IMG/VR virus record: IMGVR_UViG_3300042453_003033
Span: 4,469-68,468 of that record
Direction: 5' to 3' (one strand)
DNA length: 64,000 bases
DNA from: a virus
Part shown: positions 19,722 to 28,800 of the stretch, in pieces
Position numbering within the stretch: position 1 is the first letter of the stretch
Layout: every line of letters starts with the position of its first letter
Made by a program: the position numbers and the translations under genes
The notes under the pieces: model-generated
Database searches by the model: none
Told to the model about the DNA's origin: nothing
Seen by the model: the letters and a program-made list of their open reading frames with translations, nothing else

Positions 19722-20543
19722 ATGGACTACTATAAAATTTTAAACATAGAAGAAAATGCATCAAAAGATGAAATAAAAACTGCATATAGAAAACTAGCAT
19801 CTAAACATCATCCAGACCGTGGCGGTGACACTGCTACCTTTCAAAACATTCAACAAGCATATGATGTATTAAGCGATGATAGAAAACGTGCAGAATACGA
19901 CGCTAGTAAACACGGCGCGTTTGCTGGGCAGGGTCAACCATCAATGGAAGACATTTTTAATTCTTTTGGTTTTAGTTTTGGACAAAATGATATTTTTTCA
20001 CAGTTTATGCGAAATCAAAGGCGTAATCCAGATATCAAAACATCAATCAGTATAGAATTAAAAGATACTCTATATGAAACAACTAAATTTGTTAACATTA
20101 GAACTAAAAACAATGAAAACAAAACATTAGAAATTAAAATACCACGTGGTATCAAATCTGGAACTGTGATGAAATTTGGTGGTGGCGGTGAGACCATTTT
20201 TCCAAATGCCCCACCAGGAGATTTATACATTTCTATTAATGTTGAGGAGAATCAAAAGTATGTTCAACGTGGCCTAGATTTAGAAACCGTGTTAGATGTA
20301 AATTGTTTTGATGCCATTTTAGGTTGTGAGATGGAAATAAAAACTCTATCTGACAAAGTATTTTCTATAAAGATTCCATCAAATACTCAACAAGCTACTA
20401 GATTTAAAATACCAGGAGAAGGACTATATGAATTTCAAAAAGACATAAAAGGTAGTCTTTACATAAAAATAAATGTCAATATACCCACTCAACTAACATC
20501 TGAGCAATTAGATTTAGTTAGAAAAATAAAACTTTCTCAATAA
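19722..20543 (+). CDS. DnaJ/CbpA-type co-chaperone
   Basis: J domain with HPD, G/F region and C-terminal domain; no Zn finger. Confidence 0.92.
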   Translation: MDYYKILNIEENASKDEIKTAYRKLASKHHPDRGGDTATFQNIQQAYDVLSDDRKRAEYDASKHGAFAGQGQPSMEDIFNSFGFSFGQNDIFSQFMRNQRRNPDIKTSISIELKDTLYETTKFVNIRTKNNENKTLEIKIPRGIKSGTVMKFGGGGETIFPNAPPGDLYISINVEENQKYVQRGLDLETVLDVNCFDAILGCEMEIKTLSDKVFSIKIPSNTQQATRFKIPGEGLYEFQKDIKGSLYIKINVNIPTQLTSEQLDLVRKIKLSQ

Positions 20544-20551
20544 ATATTCTT

Positions 20552-22846
20552 ATGCTACAAACACAACCAGAAATTGATAAAATAATCGAAGAAGCCACAA
20601 AGCTGGCTATTAAGAAGAATCATGAATATGTAACACTTGAACACTTATTATATGGTTTACTTACACATGACATTTTTAAAGAATTAATAGTAAAACTGGA
20701 AATTAAAGGCGATGATCTTCTGACTGAGTTAGAAGACTATATAGATTCACAAAGTTATCTGATTAGCAATGGATATGATATTGTTCCTAAAAAGACACAT
20801 ACTCTAGAGCGTGTGTTTAATCGAGCATTTACCCAGGTACTTTTTAGTGGCAGATCAAACTTACAAATTATTGATATTTACTTAAGCATTTGCGCCGAAG
20901 ACAAAAGTCATGCTAGGTATTTCTTACTGAAATATGGCTTAGATAAAGATAAAGTAATCAATTACTGGAATAATACATTTGTAGAACAAAAGCCCAAGAA
21001 AAAAAGCAAGTCACATCTAGATACTCTGTTAGAGTCTTATTGTGACAACTTATCCGAGATGGCTAAAAACGATAAACTAGATCCAGTAATAGGCAGAGAA
21101 TCTGAAATAGAAGAAATTGTAAATGTGTTAGCTAAACGTAATAAATGCAATGTATTAATGGTAGGTGACCCGGGTGTGGGTAAAACTGCTATCGCCGAAG
21201 GACTAGCAGTTAAGATAGTTCAAGGTGAAGTGCCAGAATATCTTAAAAACTATACAGTTTACAGTTTAGACATACCTTCGTTGCTCGCGGGTAGTAAATA
21301 TCGCGGTGAATTTGAAGAAAAATTAAAGCATGTAATTAAAGCACTTGAGTTAAAGGGTGATACCTTACTTTTCATAGATGAGGCGCATCAGATGCGCGGT
21401 GCTGGTAGTGGATCAAATAGCAATGTGGATTTTGCAAACATGATTAAACCTGTATTGTCCAAGGGCAATATAAAAATTATTGCTAGCACTACATGGGAAG
21501 AATACAATCAAAGTTTTGAAAAAGATCGTGCTCTGATGCGTAGATTTTATAGATTAAACGTTGATGAACCAAGTATCGAAACTGCAAAGAAAATAATATT
21601 CGAACTAAAAGATATATTTGAAGATTTTCATGGTGTTGAAATAAACAGTGACTCAATTGTTGCTGCTGTAGAATTAAGTGCCAAATATCAAACTGATAAA
21701 AAATTACCTGATAAAGCAATTGATCTAATAGACACAGCATGTGCGAAAGCTAAGGTATTAGGAAGTAATTTAATTATTAAGAAGAGTGATATCATCAGTG
21801 TATTAAGTCAATATATCAAAGTGCCTATTGAACAATTAGATTCGCAAAACAATACTGTGGTTGAAAATATAGAATCAATTATAAAGTCAAAACTATTTGG
21901 TCAAGATCATGCTGTAAACACAGTGCTTGAAAAAATTTATGTAAGCAGAGCAGGACTAAAATCGTTGAATAAGCCTGTAGGTAGCTTTTTATTATCTGGA
22001 CCAACTGGTACAGGGAAAACAGAACTTGCCAAACTATTAGCAGAGAATTTAGGCATGAAATTAATTCGCTATGATATGAGTGAATATCAAGAAAAGCATG
22101 CGCTAGCTAAATTAATTGGTGCACCGCCTGGCTATGTAGGTTATGACGATGGAAATATTGGCGGTGGGTTGTTAATTAGTGATATTGAAAAAAATCCAAA
22201 CGCTGTTGTGCTATTTGATGAAATCGAAAAAGCACATCCCGATGTGGCGCATATTTTGTTAACTATGATGGACGAAGGTATTGTAACAAGCAGTAATGGC
22301 AAAAAAGCTAATTGTAGACAGTGCATTTTGTTGCTTACTAGTAATTTGGGCGCCGTAGAAAATGAGGCACACAACATAGGTTTTGGAACAAGTCTTGAAA
22401 AAACTAACGAGGATGATCGTGTTATCAAAGAATTCTTTAAGCCTGAATTCAGAAATAGATTAGATGCAATTGTAAAATTCAATAAGTTATCAAAGGATAA
22501 TATTAAATTGATCGTGAACAAATTTATAAAAGAACTAAATGATTTGTTACTAGATAAGGAAATATCAATATCAGTTACCGAAGATGCCGTTAATCATATC
22601 ATCGAAAAAGGCTATGATAGTAAAATGGGCGCCAGACCTTTATCTAGAACAATTTCTGATTTAATCAAAGTTCCACTTAGTAAAAAAATACTTTTTGAAA
22701 AAATTGCCAGATGCAATGTGAAAGTGATATACGATGGAACAATTTGCTTTGAAATTGAACCGAAGTCTTATACAATATTCAAAACCAATAACCTAGTGGA
22801 CGAAAATGGATACATCATTCTGGACGCAATTAAATCAAATTGTTAA
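20552..22846 (+). CDS. clpA: ClpA/ClpB-family AAA+ chaperone
   Basis: Clp N domain; two Walker A motifs (GDPGVGKT, GPTGTGKT); LPDKAIDL; FKPEFRNRLD. Confidence 0.9.
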   Translation: MLQTQPEIDKIIEEATKLAIKKNHEYVTLEHLLYGLLTHDIFKELIVKLEIKGDDLLTELEDYIDSQSYLISNGYDIVPKKTHTLERVFNRAFTQVLFSGRSNLQIIDIYLSICAEDKSHARYFLLKYGLDKDKVINYWNNTFVEQKPKKKSKSHLDTLLESYCDNLSEMAKNDKLDPVIGRESEIEEIVNVLAKRNKCNVLMVGDPGVGKTAIAEGLAVKIVQGEVPEYLKNYTVYSLDIPSLLAGSKYRGEFEEKLKHVIKALELKGDTLLFIDEAHQMRGAGSGSNSNVDFANMIKPVLSKGNIKIIASTTWEEYNQSFEKDRALMRRFYRLNVDEPSIETAKKIIFELKDIFEDFHGVEINSDSIVAAVELSAKYQTDKKLPDKAIDLIDTACAKAKVLGSNLIIKKSDIISVLSQYIKVPIEQLDSQNNTVVENIESIIKSKLFGQDHAVNTVLEKIYVSRAGLKSLNKPVGSFLLSGPTGTGKTELAKLLAENLGMKLIRYDMSEYQEKHALAKLIGAPPGYVGYDDGNIGGGLLISDIEKNPNAVVLFDEIEKAHPDVAHILLTMMDEGIVTSSNGKKANCRQCILLLTSNLGAVENEAHNIGFGTSLEKTNEDDRVIKEFFKPEFRNRLDAIVKFNKLSKDNIKLIVNKFIKELNDLLLDKEISISVTEDAVNHIIEKGYDSKMGARPLSRTISDLIKVPLSKKILFEKIARCNVKVIYDGTICFEIEPKSYTIFKTNNLVDENGYIILDAIKSNC

Positions 22847-23516
22847 AATCAAGAGTACCAAAAAACTGTTTCATGACACATATCTATATAAATTAAAGGT
22901 GTTCGCTCCTGGTGTAAGACTATTACGTTATGACAGTGATTTGCCAATGCAAGAACGTCTTGATTCATTAATCAAGTATGTAAATAATTTTACTAAAAAT
23001 CAATACTATTTTGGTATTGCAACAAATAGTAATTTACAATTAAGTGATCCCGAACAATTAGATGATTTAAAAAAATTTATAGTAGACAATAAAGATGTCA
23101 AGGTACGCATTGAAGAACCAGCTATAAGTTTTTACAGTAATAACATTGAAAAACTAAAAACGATAGCTAATTTACGTTATGAACGGGTTGAAGAGATTCA
23201 TATGCCTGAATCAGATTCGGAATGTAAAATATTGACAGAAGGTAATATCATTGCCAGTAAATATAATGAATACAAATACAAAATTATGTTGAATGGGTTT
23301 TATGATAAGCAACTTATTCCTACAATTCAAAATATTTTCGCCAATTCAGATATAGATTTATATGCTATCAAACGAATTCGTAAACAATTACGACATGGAT
23401 ATTATCCGGGCGGGTACATTTACACTAATGATCTTCAAATAACATTTCTGCTTAATTTAGTAAAACCAAACTTTGTAAGAAAAATTTATAACTTAGTTTC
23501 TTCAACTACTAAATAA
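22806..23516 (+). CDS. hypothetical protein
   Basis: 236-aa ORF. Confidence 0.7.
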   Translation: MDTSFWTQLNQIVKIKSTKKLFHDTYLYKLKVFAPGVRLLRYDSDLPMQERLDSLIKYVNNFTKNQYYFGIATNSNLQLSDPEQLDDLKKFIVDNKDVKVRIEEPAISFYSNNIEKLKTIANLRYERVEEIHMPESDSECKILTEGNIIASKYNEYKYKIMLNGFYDKQLIPTIQNIFANSDIDLYAIKRIRKQLRHGYYPGGYIYTNDLQITFLLNLVKPNFVRKIYNLVSSTTK

Positions 23517-23543
23517 AGTTATTCTATCAAGGCGTTATCAAGT

Positions 23544-23711
23544 ATGGCAAAAATCTATGAAGAAATCATAACAATAAAACTAAACAAATTAATAAAGAAT
23601 TCAGAAACTTCATTACCGCAAATTGCTAGTTCTGAAACTTTAATGTCGCTTGAGCAAATTGTTCAAGAATTAGTCGGCAATGACATTATTGTCGAAATAG
23701 AAACTAAATGA
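23544..23711 (+). CDS. small hypothetical protein (55 aa, not in ORF track)
   Basis: MAKIYEEIITIKLNKL...; ATGA overlap with the next gene. Confidence 0.6.
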   Translation: MAKIYEEIITIKLNKLIKNSETSLPQIASSETLMSLEQIVQELVGNDIIVEIETK

Positions 23712-24649
23712 AAGATATATCAATGAGCGAAAAAGAACCAACCGAAGTAAAACTTATTACTCCACAAAGCACTGGAACATCGGCACCTAAGCTAACTAAG
23801 CCAATTATGCCAGTCCCAAATCTACCAAAGACTGAACCTGCTACGCAACAAACAACTTTTGACTACAAAAAGGTGCATGTGCATTTTGCAGTTCCTTGTT
23901 ATGGTGGAATGGTCAGTGAACCAACAATGACTAGCTTCTTACGTTTCACGTTGCTAGCTGCCAAAGTTGGACTAAATTGGAGTCTTGACACAATGGTAAA
24001 CGAAAGTTTAGTTACCCGTGCAAGAAACAATCTATGTGCAAAAATGATGACTAACGCCGCAGCAACACATTTTATGTTCATTGATGCCGATATTAGATTC
24101 GAACCCGAGTCTATATTTGGAATGATTGCTGCTGATAAAGACGTTATCGGCGGACTATATCCAAAGAAAAGTTTACCAATTGATTATGTAATTAATCTAA
24201 AGAATGGTGGAAGAATTGAAGGGCCAATCTTTCAAGTAGATACACAAGGCACTGGATTCTTACTTTTCAAGAAACACGTATATGAAAAGCTAATCGCAAC
24301 ACATCCAGAGTGCAAATACGTTGATGATATAGGTCTAGGCAAACAATACGAACCATTCATGTACAGTATATTTGATACCGTTATTGACGAAAAGGGTCAC
24401 TATCTTAGCGAAGACTGGACGTTCTGCCGTCGTTGGCAAGCAATTGGCGGTGACATCTGGGCAGACAGTAGAGTATTATTGAATCACATAGGCCACTATG
24501 AATTCAAGGGTGATCTATCCGCATTAGAGCGTAGAGGTCTTAAGCGTGTAGATGCTAATAGTCCCGAAGGGAAAGCGGCACTTGAAGCACAGAAAAAAGC
24601 AGCAGAGGCTGCTCTGGCACAAAAAAGCGCAGAACCAGCAGCAACTTAA
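23708..24649 (+). CDS. GT-A fold glycosyltransferase-like protein
   Basis: PCYGG, ESLVTRARN, FIDADI, GTGFLL and YLSEDWTFC motifs. Confidence 0.75.
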   Translation: MKDISMSEKEPTEVKLITPQSTGTSAPKLTKPIMPVPNLPKTEPATQQTTFDYKKVHVHFAVPCYGGMVSEPTMTSFLRFTLLAAKVGLNWSLDTMVNESLVTRARNNLCAKMMTNAAATHFMFIDADIRFEPESIFGMIAADKDVIGGLYPKKSLPIDYVINLKNGGRIEGPIFQVDTQGTGFLLFKKHVYEKLIATHPECKYVDDIGLGKQYEPFMYSIFDTVIDEKGHYLSEDWTFCRRWQAIGGDIWADSRVLLNHIGHYEFKGDLSALERRGLKRVDANSPEGKAALEAQKKAAEAALAQKSAEPAAT

Positions 24650-24670
24650 AAAGTAAATAAACTAAGTAAT

Positions 24671-24697
24671 ACGGGACCATTGGTCCCGTTTTTATTT
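24671..24697 (+). terminator. rho-independent terminator
   Basis: ACGGGACC-att-GGTCCCGT followed by TTTTATTT. Confidence 0.85.
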
Positions 24698-24733
24698 GTA
24701 CAGATAAATATAATATTAACAATTAATTTATCT

Positions 24734-25834
24734 ATGTATGCATATGAGCTTTATGAGCAAATTAAGCCACAAATAGTTGTGACTTACCCTGGTAGATTTC
24801 AACCATTTCATCAAGGCCATGCCGGTGTATTTGAAATACTGCAAAAAAGATTCGGCAGTGAAAATGTCTATATTTTAACTAGCAACGATACCAGCAGTGC
24901 AAAGAGTCCATTTAGCTTCAGTGACAAATATCAATTAATGACAGCGGCTGGTGTGCCTGGTGATAGAATTATTGAAACAAACAAGATGTATGAACTGCCA
25001 GCAGATTTTGATCGAAAAAATACTATCTTTATAACAGTTGTTGGTGGACCAGATGCCGATCGATTAAATCCTGATAGCTATACTAAACGCGATCAAAAAG
25101 ATGCAGATGGCAATGTAATAAAGCCTGCAGGCAGTCCTAGTTACTACCAAACTTTTAAAGAAAAAGAACAACCTGTTACGGCTGATAAACATGGTTATGT
25201 TATAGTAATTCCAGAATTACAAAAAAGAATTACGATTGGTGGTGAATCATACGATGTTAGTCATGGCACAGATGCAAGAAATTTGTGGAATAAAATTCGT
25301 AATAAACCAGAGTTAAGAAAAGAGTTTCTAACAAAGATGTATAAACGTCCTCATATGGAATTAGGTAACATTTTTGATAAGATTCAACAAACAACATCGG
25401 AAGATATTGCTGGCGTAAGTAATGATACTGCAAGTCCAATTAGCGGAAAAATTTACGAAGATATAGATACGATTGATAATCTAAAACAATCAATTAGAAA
25501 ATTCATACCTATCGCAATGCGTGTGTTAGATATTTCCAATTTGCCTAAAATAAAATTTAAGCTAAAAGTAGAAACTGGCGATGGTGTTCAATCTAGTTTT
25601 GGTCAGTTTATTCCAAGAAAGAATACCATATTAGTTGGTTGTTCAAACAGACATCCAGTAGATATACTTAGAACTTTAGCACATGAACTAGTTCACTATA
25701 AACAACACTTAGATAAAGAGCTAGACGCACAATCTGGCAATACTGGTAGTGACGAAGAAAACGATGCAAATGCTATGGCAGGAGTTATAATGCGATATTA
25801 TAATAAACAGAACCCAGCAGCAATTAACGATTAA
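24734..25834 (+). CDS. HxGH nucleotidyltransferase-like domain fused to HExxH metallopeptidase-like domain
   Basis: PGRFQPFHQGH at the N-terminus; RTLAHELVH...E..ANA.AG at the C-terminus. Confidence 0.75.
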   Translation: MYAYELYEQIKPQIVVTYPGRFQPFHQGHAGVFEILQKRFGSENVYILTSNDTSSAKSPFSFSDKYQLMTAAGVPGDRIIETNKMYELPADFDRKNTIFITVVGGPDADRLNPDSYTKRDQKDADGNVIKPAGSPSYYQTFKEKEQPVTADKHGYVIVIPELQKRITIGGESYDVSHGTDARNLWNKIRNKPELRKEFLTKMYKRPHMELGNIFDKIQQTTSEDIAGVSNDTASPISGKIYEDIDTIDNLKQSIRKFIPIAMRVLDISNLPKIKFKLKVETGDGVQSSFGQFIPRKNTILVGCSNRHPVDILRTLAHELVHYKQHLDKELDAQSGNTGSDEENDANAMAGVIMRYYNKQNPAAIND

Positions 25835-25863
25835 CATAAATACAATAAATAGGATTTACTGTA

Positions 25864-28800
25864 ATGAATAGCAAACAATTTTTAAAAGAGGGTTTTATCG
25901 AGGACGCTCACGAAGCACATATGGATCATGAGGTTCAAATGGCACGTGTAGATTGTTATTACGCCGCCGAACATGCAATAGTTTTGCATAAATTACTACG
26001 TAACATATCTGAAGAGCAAGGCCTAGAAGGTTGGGTTGCTTCAAAAATTACATTAGCAAATGACTATTTAAAATCAGTTAGAGAACATCTTGAATATCAA
26101 ATGATGAACACAGATGCTGATGAGGAAGATTTTCTTCCTCTAGCAGAAGGATTAACTTCCGTAAAAAAAAAGTTAAGTGAGGCAGCAGACAGCAAAGATA
26201 TTCAAGAATTTGAACGTGGCCCATGGTATATCATAGTCAAGGGTGAAGTAGTTCCTGAAGACGATGGCAGCCCAAGAAAATTTAATTGGTTAAATGCTGC
26301 TAAAGTGTTCTTTAGAAAAATGTTGGACGATGATCCAACCACAGCAGCACAATTAAAAAGTGAATATGACAACGCTACTGATAAAAAGTCAGTAGTTTAC
26401 TATAGTAAAAAACTCCCATCTGTATCATCAGATAATTCTTCTCTAGAAGAATCAGAAAAAAGACCTGGTCTGTGGGCTAATATAAGAGCAAAGCGTGAAC
26501 GTATAAAAGCCGGTAGTGGTGAACGTATGCGCAAACCAGGTAGTAAAGGTGCACCTACCAATAAAGACTTAAAGAGCATTCGTGCTAGTTCAGAGTCGAT
26601 GCATGAAGATGGATTAAACTTAGATCAACAAAAATCAGATTTTAAAAACCCACTAAATTTGAATCTTGGTTCTGTTCGAGGTTTGCCTATTAATGCTGGT
26701 ATTCAATCTACTCAAACTCCGCAATCATATTCAAATCGTCCTGGCGCTACTGGTATGGGATTGCAACCATCGTTAAGTATTGGTAATCCAGAGAGTGGTC
26801 CATTTGCTCAAATTAGTAAGCAAGGTGGAATGATAGGTTATAAAAAGACATTTGAAGGTTTGGGACCAGAACAAAAACGTGTTGGTCAACTTGGTCCAAC
26901 TGAAAATGTTAAGAAAAATAGTGGTGCCAGAGGTAAACTAGTTGGTGCCAATGAAAGTGTAGAGCAAGGTGTGGCGGAAGGCTCTGATAGCCTTAGAGGA
27001 ACCAACGAACCAAAGAAAAAAGATGCATGGGGTGAGGGTTATTGGGTAGGACATAGACGGGAAGATAGAGATTGCCCATATCCACCTGGTTCATTTGACG
27101 CAGAAATGTGGGAACTTGGTTATCACGAAGGTAACAAAGATAGAAAAAATGAAATGACTGGTCGTGTGGCGGAAGGCAAGTGGTCGCACAATGCTATCAC
27201 AGGACAGAAACTTGACCCAAGAACAGGTGAGATTCTACCAGTTAAAGAAAAGCCATTAACAATGAAGCAAATGTTTGCACCGAAGGCACAACCTAAACTA
27301 ACATTGGATGATGTGTGGCGTAAAGTAGAGAATGTAGTATCCCAAATCTATCCAGACGGTGATCCAAACGATTACATGGCTCCATGGTTAGAAAAGCATG
27401 GCATTAGAGATTTCAAGATCGGTGAAATATTAGACCGTGCCGCAAAGAAGAATGGCTACAAAGATATGTATGATTATTGGAATAGCATGGGCGAGCAAGG
27501 TGTGGCGGAAGGCTCGGAAGATTTAGTTCAGATTGAATACTGGAAACAAGATTCAATAGAAGCAGGTAGATGGGTTAAAACACAACCAATGCCAAGAGAA
27601 GTCGCAGAAGAACTACTACATTCACATCCAGGTGCCTTTTCAAGAGTTGAGATTGTTGATGTAAAGCAAGGTGTGGCGGAAGATATTGCTAGCACAAGAC
27701 GAGAAGTAAATCTCAAGAAGAAAATAGACAAAGGTATCGCTACTCCTGAACAGAAAAAAGAATATCAAGAACTAAAAGCAAAGAATATGGGACGAAAACT
27801 TGATAAAAAGCAAGGTGTGGCGGAAGGCTATAAAGAGCCTACTACTGCTGCCGGACATGCTAAAATGGCAGCTAAGATTAAGAAAATGTTAGACGACACA
27901 TTGGCAGACAGAGGCGACAGGCACGGTAATCCAGATCCACAACGACTAGCCAGTGCATATGAATATCACACGCAAAAAGCTAAAGAGAAATCGCAAGGTG
28001 TGGCGGAAGGCTCATTAAAAGAAGACGAATACGATAAGTATGAAACTGGTAAAATGGGCCAGGAAGAAGCAGTTACTGCTATGTTTACAAGACTTGCCCG
28101 TCAAGGCATTGATCCTATCGATATGATTGCAAACAGATTCGGTTGGAGCACATACGAACTTGACGATTTGGCACAGCAGCAAGGTTTTAAAAATACCGCA
28201 GAATGGTTGAATAGTTTTGATCAAGGTGTGGCGGAAGGCTGGAAAGAAAAAGCAGCAGGCGCCGCATTAGCAGGAGCAATGGCTGCTAGTCCAACACATG
28301 CAGGCTTTGGAGGTGAGTTAGCAGGTGCCGTAGCACAAGGTCTGGGCCGTGGTGTTGTATCTGGGGCAATTGGCCCAAAAGTGTTTGAGGAAAGAAATAA
28401 ACGAGATTTAGAGTTTGCCGAACAGATTCCAGACGAGGCCGATAAAGCAAGATATCTAAAAGCAGTTAAAAAAATCATGCACTCTAGAAATATGTCACTA
28501 GGTAGTAATGCTATGATGGGTGCAAATGCTGTGGATGAAATAGTCTTTAAGAAATTTAAGAAAAAATTGTCCGAAAAATACAATATACCATTGACGCAGG
28601 TAAAAGAACAAGGTGTGGCGGAAGGCTCAAATGATTTATATCAAAAAGCCATTCGCAAGTATGCCCAACAAGTAGCAAATGATTATCTAAACGGCGGAAA
28701 CGAATATCTTTATGGTGCCAACAAGTTTGATGCTGAAATGTTCGGTGTAAGCCAAGAAAAAGCAAATAAAGACTTTAAGACATGGTTTACTATGATTGTA

